A stretch of 62,965 bases of DNA, counting the filler, from Choristocarpus tenellus KU-1152 (lineage: Eukaryota; Protista; Phaeophyceae): the NCBI GenBank assembly GCA_964200185.2. It is 11 parts of 11 records of this genome, joined end to end, with 100 filler letters (N's around TTAATTAATTAA, not from the genome) between each part and the next. Parts side by side here need not be neighbours in the genome. Positions count along the whole stretch, not along the records: positions 25,591 to 29,692 come from CAXNAD020016202.1; positions 29,793 to 34,164 come from CAXNAD020014861.1; positions 34,265 to 43,551 come from CAXNAD020003815.1; 8 more parts are not named here. One strand, written 5' to 3'. A program made the position numbers and the translations under genes. Shown here in pieces: positions 26,143 to 40,400 of this stretch (positions are counted from its first letter, which is position 1; each line of letters begins with the position of its first letter). The notes beneath the pieces are model-generated. The model saw only the letters and a program-made list of their open reading frames with translations, made no database searches and had not been told where the DNA came from.

Positions 26143-29100
26143 CTAATAAATCACATTGCAGATGGAAAGGACCGAAGTGTTTGTGATGGGTCAATGCTTA
26201 GTTCTGTTAAACAACTTAATGAAGTTCGAAATCCTTCGAGCACCACCAAGTAGACTAAAACTTCAAATCTCAAGAAGTTGGCTTAAAATATCACCAAAGC
26301 AATTGTGGTTGCACACCCTCTCACTCATTTTTCCTTTTGAACCACAGACTCGCTTTCAACCACGGACGACAAGATTTTCCCCTGAGATGATCCGTGGCAA
26401 GAAAATTTTGTTCTTTCTAGACTTGATGGGGCTGCTGGCCGAGTCCACCCTGCATCCCATACTGGCAAAACAGTACAAAACTGGTGTAAATTAGAGGTTC
26501 CATCATTTATTGGTACTTCCTACACTCACACGCCCCAGTTATATTTCAGAGAATGGGCTGCGTTCTTTGCCAGAATCTTCGACTGTACAAATCCATCTAG
26601 TAGAGGTAGGTGTTAATGAAAGAAGAGATCGCCATGCTTTTGACCTAATGCACTACTAACCAATGCGAACCTCCTGCTACCGATGGTGCTGGTACCAGTG
26701 GAGACTGCCTTGTTGAAACCACTGGTCGGATCCTGTGGGGTGGTGGAGGTCAATATGTTGCTGATGGGGGAAACAACAAGTAGTATCTCTGACTCTCCGC
26801 AACACCAAAATCTAACTATGGACACAACATGGTTATCTGTGCTGCTGTCCCCAGTCACCGCTGAGAAGGAAACAGGAAGTATCGCACTACTTATCAACAA
26901 TTTGACAGTAGTGTCTTGCAGCGTTTTTTCCCGCCATGCACTGTTTCTGAATCAAATGCTGCATGTATAATGATGATGGTCATATAAAATGTCAAACACG
27001 GATGTGGTATTTCCTTCAGTTGATGCTGATGTTGTGAGTCTCAGGTGGATACACCTCAACCAATGCAGTATGTGCAATATCTGTTATGTGATTATCTTGT
27101 ATCACAAAATGTGATATTTTTTAACACAAATTGTTGCAGCATAATCAAATGGAATGGAATAACATAATGTTTCGTCAAAGGGGCAGCACAGTAGTATTCC
27201 CGTAATACTGAAGACTAAAATATGTGCAATGCTATCTTCTGGCTGTATCGCTCCAGTCCAAAACAGATATAATACTACGCTCTACCCATAAAACTCTAGA
27301 CCAACCATTAATAACATATGGTATGTACATAACATTAGTGAAATGAAACACCAAGCTTCAACATCGTGTTCCAATAAGTGTTACCTTGTCCAAGGTGTAC
27401 AGTATTGTATGTATGGGTGTCCGATGAGTGACTCCCAAAGGCGTTGGTGTTGGGAACTTGCAGACAGATCGAAAACAGAACCAAGGTGGACAAGAGAAGG
27501 ATCGGTGATGAGTGTGCCGGCAAGATGACCTCGATGAGTTTGGGGTCGCAGTTGAGGGATGGAGTAAAAGGACAGCAAACTAACACCAGTCGTACAAGTG
27601 TGTGGTTGACGGCATCAAGAGCCCTATGAACAGATGAAGGTCCAGGAAAGCTGTGATAGATGATGTACGCCATTATATAGCACTAGCTAAGGCACCCAAG
27701 CAGATCAGGGTGCATGCATTCGCCACTGTGTACTGAATGCTGCATTTACTTGATTTTTGGGTCTATCATTCTTGCATCCCTCTTTCCTCTGTGTGATGAT
27801 GGGAGCTTTGGATTCGATGGATCAGGTGGGACCCCATCAATGCATTTTCTTCTTCCTCTTTCCCCCTAAGAGTGACAACTGACACTAATTACGTCCTATC
27901 CCAGACATTGGATTTCCGTTAATTATATGTGGGTGTCTTCTGACTACTCTTCTATGGAGCATTTTTCTTTCTTTGTTTCTTCTTCTGATGTTTTCCATAT
28001 ATATTTGTATTTATTCCATATATACTTGTATTTCCTCGTAATTTCTCAAACGTTGTGTACTTTCTGTCTACCTTCGAGCACTCCCACAAAGAAATGTAAA
28101 TATATAATGTTACTTGCTATTATTGCTAATACGTAGCATTATCGGTTAGGCCACTACTCATCAGATAAGACAAAAGTATTCAGGGATAGCGCTTCGGTTG
28201 GGGGTACATTTAGTCGCCCAAAGGGAGCGAATAAAACATAAAAACCCATTTCCCCCCACCATAAAAAGCCGCCACTTGTAAACAAATAATTTCTGCTTCA
28301 ATTGGCAGTTACATATTATTTAATGATATATTACTATTTCATTTACCTTCACATGTATTGATCGATTGAAGATATTACATGTCGTGAGGCAGGGTCCAAT
28401 CAGTCATGGGGAGTGTTCAGAATCACCAGTTGTGTCATGGTGGGGTGCTTCCAGCAAACCCAAAGCTCCCTCAGTCATCAAATCTTGGGAGAAGTTTGAC
28501 TGGGATCTCAGATCCGATGGGTGACGTCACATCTTCGTGACCGTCAGAGGCAAGTGTTCTGAGAATTCTCAAAAGTTATGTGTTTGATGTTGATGGGAAT
28601 ATCACCAATGACAAGAAATGTGTGCGCAATCTACTTGTGTGCACGCGTGGATGTGGGTTGGACTGAGATCCGCTCCCAAAGGGATCTGTCCGTCACATAC
28701 ACATTAGTTGGATGCATGATGCAACGGCGTTCAAACATTTGGCAGGTGTTGCTATGGAAAAAATATAACATATTACACACTTGAACGCATAGTCAGAAAG
28801 GTAACAAAACGAGCAGAAAACATATAGATGTATCCGACAAAATCTGATGTACTAATGCTCCAATAACGCTGAGAGAGAAGAAATGTGACAACCTAAACAA
28901 TGAACAAGTATAAAATGAAAAAAAAAGAAGACCTAAACGTGATAGAAAAAGAGAACACGAAAAAGAGGAAGGCTCATCAGTCAAGTCTTCCCCCCTCAAA
29001 TTTACAAACAGGAATCACCTCCAGCATAGATCATTGCAAGTCCAAGTTGGAGCATATGCTCGCCCACACCTTGACAACTGGCTAGTATTGCGCAGCGAAT

Positions 29101-30666
29101 TGGGACTACTTTGGGCTTCCTAGTATGCCATACTTCCACTAAGTGCTTGACTCCATCCTCCACACATGCTAGAAGTACTAGTTTGAGGGTCCCAAACTCA
29201 TGGCAAAAAAATAATTAGAGAAGCAACAACTCGATACTTTGAGAAAATACAGGGTACTAGGAGTACAGAAACAACAAGGAGAGGCTTGTAGGTTCGAGGG
29301 GGGTAGCACAGTAAACCCAAGCAGATTCAACTCATTATAACCTAACAGTTGTGCCAGAAGTTATCAACCGTCGTCAGCATCACCAGATTCGACAAGAAAA
29401 GGAAACAAAATTCGGTGCCACATCTGTTCGCCATCCAAACACCACTCTCCACTCACTACACAAAGAACAAAACACAAGAATAATCAACTCAAGAAAAGAC
29501 ACTAAGTCGAAAAGCAGCATTCAGCAAGGTTAAGTACGCATATCCCTGATCTTCTTGAATTGCCTGAAGTGCTGCTTTACCACGACATGTGTTACCTTAT
29601 CACAACTTCTTTGGCACACCACTTGCCCATAAGACCCAAAGCGTCTGGAGGGGGGGGGGGGGGGGGGCACCCAACGGCCAGTTTAGACCAAANNNNNNNN
29701 NNNNNNNNNNNNNNNNNNNNNNNNNNNNNNNNNNNNTTAATTAATTAANNNNNNNNNNNNNNNNNNNNNNNNNNNNNNNNNNNNNNNNNNNNGCATGCGT
29801 CGGATGGATAATCTAAGTGCACTTTTCCTGGTCAGGGTCCAAATGGACACCCTGGTGTAGCCCCCCCCCCCCCCCAAGATACTTTGAGCCAGTCACCAAA
29901 ACGTCTTCCTATCCAACCCAATTCTGTAGGAGGAATCCAATTGTTACAAGCTCGTTGGCATACTTTTCGTCCTGAGGAACAAGGTTATTATAGCAGAGCA
30001 TTACCCATTACACACTTCATACACTTTTTGCCATCAAAAGATATAATGTCCACAATTGTTCAGAATGCTGTTTCGGTATCTATTGGCTGCTGTTGACCAT
30101 TTCTTCACTATTTGAAGGCTCTGGATGTTGTTGCGTTTTTTTTTCTAGATTTTTTTTTTTGCTGAGTGACTACTGCAGCTATAGCCTCATCAAGCATCCA
30201 TTTAACGTGGATTTCAAAATATTTTCACAAATAAGGAATTATCTAAACAAATGAGCAATCAGACAGGTCATTCAAACTAGACACATTTCATGTATTTCAA
30301 TTGAAATATCTTCGACCCGAATGTTGAAGCAACTGCTGTCACCCAGTAGACCTAACTCACTGCACAACTAACTAGGCAATCGTCTTCTTGAGTTCCCCCT
30401 AAAGTGACCTGAGAGGAAAAACCCAGTCAAGAGGATCAACCCCTTTCTGTTACAATCTGCTCTCTTATGCGTCCAGTTCCATGTCAAAACCAATGCCGAC
30501 TTTGTAAAGAACACCCCCACCACCTGGATAGGGTCCTGTAGCTGCTAGGGCTATCGGCATGCAGAAAGGAAGAACCCATCCCATGTAATGCAGCGCTAAC
30601 TCAATCAGTTCTTGTCTCATTGTGCTGTCCACCTGTTAAATCAAACGATGAATGAAAACACCAAAG

Positions 30667-30855
30667 GCGGGGTGGACGTGCCTTTTCTACAGCGTCTTTC
30701 ACAGCGACATCTCCATTGTCTCAAACCTCCTGCATCGTGGGGCCAACCTTGCTCATAAGGATAAGCGTGGAACACTTGCAGTGGAATGGGGAGAGTACAT
30801 GGGCTTTGGAAATATATGCTGCCTCCTCGAGGAATTTGTACCGTCACTTTCATGA
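30667..30855 (+). CDS. Terminal exon of an ankyrin-repeat protein
   Basis: AGWTCLFYSVFHSDISIVSNLLHRGANLAHKDKRGTLAVEW fits the ankyrin consensus; AAG acceptor; TGA stop. Confidence 0.82.
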   Translation, partial: AGWTCLFYSVFHSDISIVSNLLHRGANLAHKDKRGTLAVEWGEYMGFGNICCLLEEFVPSLS

Positions 30856-31719
30856 ATGAAACAATGGTTGGAAAGGAAGGGTACAGACTGGGAACAAGCA
30901 AGGGCAACCATTGGCCTATGTGTAACGAAATGTGTTAAGGATGCAGCAACGACAGGTTATTCTGTTTTTCTTGTCTCCGTTTCCTCTTGTTGCTGCAATC
31001 AGGACAATATTTCCACCTGTTCTTGCCTCTCTGATCTTTTGATAATAATCATCAATAATTTTAATATATTATGCAATACCTACCTACTCTGGGCAAACTC
31101 CTGGTTACAAGGCTGATATATATAGTTGGTGACTCAAGGGAGATATATGCGATATTGTTGAGATTCGCAAGGTTAGCAAAAAGGTTGTGAGGCGGAGGCT
31201 TCCCATTGGTTCAATGTGACATACGGACAGGTTACACTTCTCTCTGGTGCAGATGTTGTTTTTCATGCCAAGTTCACCCCCCACTGCGGACTTTATATCC
31301 AACATATTTCTTCCAATAAAGGAAGGGGGTATGACACCCTGAAATTTGTAGGTGGAGGGTGTTCTTGTCTTTTAATGTATTCCTGTTGGATAGGGGAACT
31401 TTTTAACGGTGTTGATTGGTCGGCATTCATTGTCAGCTGTACACAGTGTGCTCGCACAACATATTCCTATCTTCTCCTTGATCAGCAACATTGCCTTGAG
31501 GCTACCGGGAACAGCCTCCACCTCCCACTTTCAGTCTTAAACACGTGCAACTATGGACTATATTAACTAAAGCATCAGCTTTTGAATCCCTGCCCCAAGT
31601 AAATCATTGCACCATACATGCTAATACGATGTTGTGTTCCTGGCCCTTACCAGACACCACATCTACACCTTTCATACACGCCACCCTTCTTCTTCTTCTT
31701 CCGCTTCCAGCCATCTGAA

Positions 31720-31960
31720 GACCCAAAGCATTTAAGAGTGTAGGGTTGCGTTCATTTGGGATTATAAATCTAGTGTTGCAATTTTGATGGATTTTGGCTA
31801 TCGTGTATGTCCAGGCACACCTTTCATAAGTCGTATACATTCTAGGGTTAGGCTTACTGTTCACACAGAAACCCCAAAAAGGGCATAAAAAACCAGTGGG
31901 AAACCAAGCCCCGAACATACAAACAGGGCAAGACCCCTACCCTCTTAAATGCTTAGACTC
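31720..31960 (+). mobile_element. Old, diverged copy of the MITE family
   Basis: Degenerate TIRs (GACCCAAAGCATTTAAGAG...TACCCTCTTAAATGCTTAGACTC) and recognisable internal blocks; no TSD left. Confidence 0.75.
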
Positions 31961-34480
31961 AAATGAAGCAGTCTACCACCACACTACAACAAGAAGTGAG
32001 GACATGTGCACATTATGTACTAGTCATTCCCCTCATAATACTCTCTGGACTCCTGTCCCTGCTCTGGGCATTTGGAGCACTCGTAGAATATTATACAGGC
32101 TAGTAAATTTTGAAGCGGGTTAGTGGAATCACAAGTAGGGTGGTGTGCACATAATGGGTTCTCACACCATCCCTGTTATTGCGCATATTCACCTGCCCAG
32201 TTTGGTGTAGAAAAAAACACTTTCCAACTTCTCAGTTTTCACACTAGTATAATGCCGAGTATATGCACAGACACCAGTGGAAAAGTAACCCTATGGGCAA
32301 ACTTTGATACCTGGAGAAGTGCCTTGAGACCACCAGTCAAGCTAGTCCAGGCTGAAAGAGTAAGATAATGAAGATGGCAATGATAATAGTTGTAAGCACA
32401 GCTCCATGGGGAAGGAAGCGTACCATTACCATAATACCTAAGCCCTTGACGGCACTTGTTACATATATTCCAAAGATGGCGTATGGTGCCTATATTGAGA
32501 ATCCAAGGCCCCAAGGGGTGCAGCTCTTCTACCGTACATACAACATTTTGCTCTCAATTGTATGTTTTATGTTCTGTATTGAGGGGATTGATTGCTGTAA
32601 CAACTATAGCATTACACCTGAATATGGTGTGCTTCGTAGCTACCTGTAGCGCCACCAAATCGCTCTGTGGTGCTCTGGTGGTAACCATTGCCCTCATCGC
32701 AATATATAATACGTACGCATAATATCCTGTAGGAAGAGTTCTATTACTGAATCATCGGTTCAGTTCCCGATAGAAGATTTACTCCGAGAATTTACGCTAG
32801 ATAACTTATTTTATATGGGCTTGGGCCAAAGAAAAGGTAGAAAGAATTCGAATGATATCCTGAATACCCGCAGTCTGATTGGTGGACTAATAACTCTGAA
32901 GACAAGAGGGTTCGTGTTAGAGACAGTATTATGTATGAGTAAACTGTTCCAAGCCATGTGGGAAAATTAAATCTTACTTTCAGAAGTGGTTCGCACTAAG
33001 GTACCACTGTCATCATAATTGCGAGGCCAGGGCTATGTAGTAGTGATGGAGATCAAGGGTGGCCACGTGGGGAGCAGAATCTTCCGATTGACCATATGTT
33101 ATGTTACTATTGTGATACATGTCCACTTTGATCTCAGACTAGGGATTTAGCTCAGTTCTACCTAGTTCCTACCCACGGTTGAAGACATTACACAATGCAC
33201 TATTCAACTGATCGCATGAACTACAAACTGTTGCCCTATGTATGGCAACTAATTTCTCCAACCTGTCTGTGTGTGCGTTTTTGCAATTTTGTTGTGCGTT
33301 GAATTCAAAAATCCCATCGCTCATTGCTCCACTTCTCATGTCAAATCTTGTGCAATACTCACCTGGCCTCAACGAAGCCTTGACACTATGAATCAGGCTT
33401 TCCATGTTGTATCATTTTTATTGGGGTTCAGTCGCAGATGTGAGGGTGTGGACAGACAAGTGTACTGTTTAGTTGTGCTCTCCCCGTGGTCCTGAAAACA
33501 TACCCCCATAAATTGTGTTTTTACCCATGCATTCCTTCACAACAGGAGGTGACAGATCACCAATGAGGTTGAAAGACGCCCTGAAGGCCATGCATGGATA
33601 GAGTGCTATATTCCATGTAGAAAGATCCTTCTACACTATAACGTTTACAGGGAGGGGAGGTTAAACTTTCCTTCAAGCACACAAAATATATACATAAAAG
33701 CACGTACTAATAACTACTCCTAACTACAATTAATACTACTACTTCGTATTATTTTACCAAGATATTATTGTTAACAGAATATTCTTCTGGTTTTGTGTTA
33801 AGTGACATTGGTCAGTGATATTTTTTGAAGTACCAGTCAAGGTGTATCTGAATAAACCGCTATCACCAATATGAATCTATGATTCTGTGGTGATGGTGTT
33901 ATCTCAGACAAGGGTGGTAAAGGGAATTGTCGGGCTATAGATGGACCAAGCGATAGTAGCAGTGATGGATATTTTTACTGCAAGTATGGACATTTCTTTC
34001 ATGTTTTTTTTGCACAATGCTTAACACTACTCCAGACAACTACCACAACGTAGTAGAAACACATGGGGTTGTGGGCCAAAGTAAACGAGAGGTACCCAGG
34101 ATAGCATTTGTAAGAATACTGACAAAAAACCCTCCAAAGTCCAACATTTTGTACAATTGTGCATNNNNNNNNNNNNNNNNNNNNNNNNNNNNNNNNNNNN
34201 NNNNNNNNTTAATTAATTAANNNNNNNNNNNNNNNNNNNNNNNNNNNNNNNNNNNNNNNNNNNNCCCACCCCCCCCCAATCCTCACATGGTCCATGGGTG
34301 TGTAGTACATTTTGGCTAATCGTTCATTGCTCCAGTTCAACACCATGTCTCCATGTGAATATGTCCCTCAAAAAACCCTCGTTTTTTCCACTTTGAAAAA
34401 AAAACTCCAACGCACACACACACACACACACACACATCCCTCCACAATCAACCCTAAAGTTTATGTGCCCTCATGCTCAC

Positions 34481-37400
34481 CCTCTCCTGCCCCCCCCCAG
34501 AGAAAATAGGCTCCATTCGTACGCGAGGCCGGCGTCGGATGTAAAGGGCACCCACACCTTTGGGGCCATAGATCTGTAAGATATTTCCCATGGAAACACA
34601 AGTAGCATCAAGTATTGAACAACATCCAGTGAAGGGAGGGGAATAGGAGGGGAGAAGGTGGAGGCCAAGGGGGTTTGGACGGGAGGAGTTCGTGAACAAA
34701 AATCTTCAGTAATTTCTTGGTTGAGTTGTTTATCTCCTGCCGTAGTCCAATCTTACACCTATTTCGAGCATAGATAAACCAATAGAGTGTGTCAATCAAC
34801 ACAACAGGACACACACATCCTTGTCAACTGCCCAGATAAGATTTGCCTCATCTATCTCCTGACTTTTATCAGTCTACAATTGAGGCATTTTTGTTGCCCA
34901 ACAAGTTGCAAAAATTCAGTACTCTAGGAGGCAGGCAGGGAGACGTCCTAAATGAAATGAAGGACAATTCCCCTCCCCACCATGTACTTCCACCCCTTCA
35001 AGCCTGTTCCGTCGCTTGCCTGTCAAAACTTACACCAACAACACCAACAAGCCCTACTCTCAGCAAATAGAGTTTCGAGCTGTGATAGGGCACCCTACAG
35101 CAGGGGTGTGGGGTGCAGGAGATGTGTGGGTAACAATGTCTCCATGGATCACTGTAGAGGTCATATATGCAACCATCTTTACAAACAAGAGAGTGCCTCC
35201 CCTCTCCCCACCAGGCACAATGCCTCGATTTACTGTACCTTGTGACTTGACAAACTAGCCAGGTCAAGCTTGAGGCCATTTACATCAATTGGCATCTGCA
35301 ACACACAGCAAGGAGAAAGGGAGAATAAGCACGTATTTTGGAGGGGAAGGATGTTGTGAATATTGAGAAGGGGGTGACAGAGCTAGTTTGACAATTGATC
35401 ATGTACTCAAAGAGGTTAACTTCGAAGATTACAACAAAAAGTTAAACCGTATTCCACATACAATCAGAAGAGATATTCCAACTACAACACGCCTACTCGT
35501 ATAGTATGCAAACCAAAAACCGGACAATCTTTTCTCATGTCCCATGGTGTGGAAAGGAGCAAAATCACCAACATTTGTGGAGTGCCATTTCTTGAAACAC
35601 TTTTACCAGAGTCAATCGGTAACACATACTTCATAGAGTACTTTCACCTCTACATCCTTCGCAGAATTAAAACAACCACATCTCCCAGTGCAACTTCATC
35701 TGATGTTATCATGTCCACCTAGGTACCTTCTTTTCACCCCACAACAACAACAAAAATCTTGCACCTTTACCGCAAAATCAACCTCTCAAAATATGGGGGG
35801 TTTTGTCTACATGTATAGAGGATGTAATCACAGCAAACACAACCAGGTCAAAATCACATGTCTCCAACCAAATCTGTCCCTCTCTGTGAAACACTGATTC
35901 TGATCATTCCAAAAATCACATACTAGAGTAACATCTTCACAGAAAAACGCTGAAGTGTATCACAAACAGCTCTGAGACACTCTGAACTTGGTTCTCTATA
36001 AATAAATAAAAACTCAGATCTCCAAAGCTTCAATCTGGAGCAACTTAACAAACACATACACAGAATCAGACAATACACTGGAATATTTGTCAGTGGCGTC
36101 AACAACTTGAAATTTTGAAATTGAGTGCCGAAGCCCTGTAACACTATCAGGACATTTCATCAGAGCAACAAGCATGGTTGGGATCCAGGCCATGGCCATA
36201 TGGCCGTGACCTGGTCATGTTGAAACAGTTCATGGTCTTGGACCAGCCCTGCCAGAACATAGCAGCGGGGTACTGGACCGACCCACAGACCAGTCATGTT
36301 GAAGTAGTTGATAACCACAGAAAAAAAAAGTATGCAAATTGGACCAGCCTGGTCTAGATGGCTCCTGCCAGCACAGCCACAACATGTCCCAAAATGTCTC
36401 AAATGCATGTGAGATAAACATGTTTTCCATAAATGCTCTCAGCCACTCCATCTTCAAATGTTGTGATACAATTAGTTAAAATTGGACTGATTCAGCTTCA
36501 TAAGCGTCTTTGATATGGCTACAGACCAGTCCGCAGACCGGTCCGTGTACAATCTCTAACAGTCACAATCCAGGCACGTTCGGAAATATTTCAACCTCCG
36601 GACTAGAACCGGGCCAGACAGGTTCGAATGCTTGGTGGACCCTAGTCTAGACAATTTCAGAGGATATTGGAACCAGTCCCTTCGCAATTGCCTGACTTGA
36701 TGAAAAGCCCTGAACATCATATATACATTAATACTCATACTCCTTAAGGCACGTACCAACTCAGCCAGACTCAGGGCTTGGCACCAGAACAAGCACAACG
36801 AATACATGCAACACTGATCTGCAGATATAAATAGCGGATGGGGCTCTGCCCGGTACACATAGTACTGCATGCCACCCGCAAGTCATCCACCTACAACAGT
36901 CCCTTCAAAACCATACACCAGAAAGAGTGACGTCCACAGAGGGCACCAACGGCATCCTTGTCCAGTTCCAGTTCATTGCTTTCCTTTGATTGTCATTCAA
37001 CCCAACACCATGAACACACCCCCATGCACACTCACACTCACACTCACACCTGCAAACCCCGTTTGAACAAGTGGTGAAAGTTGTCGCAACATGATGCAAA
37101 AAGTCCTGTCCTCACCCACTCACCTTTCCCAGCATTTGTGCAATGTCGGAGTGGAAAAAGACCTTGTGGCGACGGCATACCTCCCCAATCTCCTTCAAAG
37201 GCTGCACCACCCCAATCTCATTGTTCACCGCCAGTACCGACGCCGCCACTGTGTCCGGACGGATGCATGACTCTAGCTCTTCCACGTCCACCAGGCCAGT
37301 CCCACGTTGCACTGGAAGGTAGGTCACCTGCAGTGAGAAAGGGGGGACAGAACATACCACACGCGATACAACAAAGGATAACACAAGTCAAACCAGGTTC

Positions 37401-40400
37401 ATGCCAAAGTGGAAAGTAATAAGAGCACCAGCAGTAAATTAGGAAGACCTATTATTTTGTGATGATTTGATCAATCTTAGGTAGATCCATAAAGATCGAG
37501 ATTTACGCAAAACTATGATTCAAATTAAAGCTTAAGAACAATTATCTATTTTTAAAAAAAACTTGCTGCACTTGAAGTGATATCGTAATATTTTTTATTA
37601 TTTGTACCCGAGAGGAAGGTCTATGGATTGCATTTACAGCAAGTAGGACAAATCGTCCATGTAATATGTTAATGCTGTCGCCACTCACTCCCATACACAG
37701 GAGTAGTCACAAAATCCTATCCATAGTTGCCTTAGGGGAAACAGATTGGGAGAGCAGTTTGCAAGGGGAGAGAAGCAGTCGGTCACTTCTGGTCCAGGGC
37801 TGGTTGAGTGCAACATATAGGCCTCATCCAGAGGCAGTGGCAAGCTGTGCAGTATCTATCTGGCCAGCAGAAACTGCAGAGTTCAAGTAAACTAAATTTG
37901 CCCTTGGGCCACAAGTAAGAGCTGTCAGGTGTGCACACATAGAGGTCAAGTGGTTTACTCTGATGCACAAGCTGCCCAAGATAAGCACGGCCTCCTTTGA
38001 CAAGAACTCGGTATGCATGTCCATCTCTTACCGGAGTAGCATCAACATTACTCTACTACAATACTTTCCTCCGTTCAGATTTAAGTGTAAAATAATTTTT
38101 GCAGCCCCGATGAAGAAACAAGTTTATTTTTCCCATGTTCAGATCTTATGGGTGTGTCTTGCGGACACTAAAGGTCGGCCACCATAAATCAAACAAAATG
38201 GGGTAGCCTACCCAAATTTGTTGTTCCGCCCCCAATGCCCTCCAAAACTCCGTTTCAGCTTTCGCTGCATCCACCAGGGTATTCAGGGGAAGCTTGCTTC
38301 CCTTCTCAGGCTCATCCTTGCTAAGATGGAGAATTTTGAAGACATTATCACCCTTGGATCCCAGTACTTCACCATAGACTGCAAAGAGGCTCTGCCAGAT
38401 GCACTCTAGTGTCTCCCAGGGGTTACACATCAAGCGCCTCCATTGTAGCCTCCACTGGCTCCTCTGTGTTGGTCACCCCCACACCTTCCTTCAGTTGCTG
38501 GATGGAACAAAATACCCCCAAGTCGTTGACGTTGAGGCCAGGTGAGTTGGCTGGCTGAATCTCCACAACAATGTCATCCCCCACCTCCTCGAATGCCCCC
38601 ATGATTCTCCCCTTAGTGTGTAGCTCTGCTCCATCCTGCTGCACCAAGATGGTTTTTCCTCCTGGCCCAGGCATACGGCAGGCCTTGATTGCCAGAACGA
38701 TAACTCAATCATGAGCTTTATACACCTCTCCCAGTCCACCGTGTCTGGCACAGGCACCTTAGTGCCCACGGGGCAGTGTTTGCTGGAGCGCTGAGCGACC
38801 ACAGAGTCCACAATTGGTCAGATCCCGATTTTCCCATTGAACCACGCCACGTTGGAGAGCTTCCTAGGGCAAGTCACAGCTACAAGGAACATAACCTTCG
38901 TAACGTAACACTTATTCTGTGCCTGTGGGGGGTTGGGGGGGCCCTTGGTGGGGTGCAGGAACACACCTTGCCTACCTTTGAAGATGTAAAACCACTTCTC
39001 GTCCACGTGCAACCAACCTAATATAGGCTGTCCACTACTGCCCCTCTTCCCCCCCTCCTGTTGACTTTCTGGTGCTCCAAGAAGGAGGATTGGCTTAATC
39101 CACCACTTCACCTTCACCTTCTCGAGCTGGCACATATCCCACAACGAGGCAAGGGAGACCCCAGCTTTGAACGCCCTTTTAAGGAAGGATGTGCAATGTA
39201 CCAATGGGATATCCCAAACATCAAAGATACTTGTACAGTGGCCACATCACCCCTTGCAACATCGTACAAGGTACATGCATTCACCCCACGCAATTAGGCT
39301 GTCATACTCCTTGAGATGACTGAACACAATGATTCGCGAAACTTCCCAAGTCCTCCGCGATAGCCACCACTGTCCCCCAAGCCATCCGAGGTCCGTGCCC
39401 TCTCACCTCCAGGCATCACCACCGCGCTGTTCTTCATTGGGGTGTTTGAGTCTGAACCCCAGACAGACTTCTGGGACAAAGAATTGGGCCTGAAGGGCAA
39501 TAACGGGATGACCAAGCCACTCTAATGAAAGGGGGCCTTCATTCTAGGCATCCCAATAAACACCCTCTTTTGACAGTTTCACGCGGTTTTTGAACCCGTC
39601 AAATGCAACCTGGTCGACTTAAGACTGGTGATCCTCCACAGTCATGATAGTCCACCATCTCAAACTTTGCATGCCTCCCAACCTATATGAGAACTAAGCC
39701 TTGTACAGAGGGTTCATCAGATGGGTCGTTCCCGGGCTTGAACAGAGCTTGCAAAAGTTATGTTACAATTAATTCCAAACAAAGTACTATTCTTGTCCAA
39801 TCTGAAAAAGACAGTGGGACATCACAAAATCAAAAGGTGCAGCCACAACAAGTCATGTAACCCACCCCTGCCCCTCATCAAAATAGAGGCCTTCCATAAA
39901 ACAGCAACCCCAGCGATCCCAAGCATTTCTACCTCACAAAATGGAATGAAATAGAAATGGTTGAGATACTGAATTCAAATAGTAAGTTACATAGTTTCTG
40001 CCCGGCACATGTTAACTATAAATGACCATTCACCAAGAGCATGATATGTGTAGGATCACAAGCATGTACGTACCCTCCCCCACCAACCCCCAAACCTACC
40101 AACCCCAACCCTGCATACCAAATGGCACCATACTGCGAATGCAACAGGTAGCTCACTTCATAACCCTCCTGTTCCATGGCCCGGCAGCTGTCCAGCACGC
40201 ATTTGTGCTCAGTTTGTGTCGTGATGATGTGCTTTTTACGTCCACGGTAAAAGCGGGCTACACCCTTGATGGACATGTTGTTCGATTCTGTCGCCCCGGA
40301 AGTGAAGATGATCTAACACAAAATGAATGCAAACCAATCAACTGCAAGAGTCAGTTGGGAAGGTGATGGGGAGAGGGAAGTCTTGGGCACAATGTACATC

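Noticed and set aside
29010-29220. TAA/TAG reassignment to Gln, suggested by protein-like frames with in-frame stops here and at about 30-540 and by TGA at all three identified host stops
   Set aside because: None of the conserved host exons contains an in-frame TAA/TAG, and Gln is read from CAA/CAG there. The broken frames fit decayed transposon ORFs, and three stops is too small a sample.
33169-33405. Possible transposase fragment partnering the MITE (SLRPGEYCTRFD)
   Set aside because: No catalytic motifs follow and there are no flanking TIRs.
36140-36800. GACCAG/GACCGG-rich segment in NFS1 intron 5, possibly a hAT-type MITE
   Set aside because: Could not define TIRs or a TSD.
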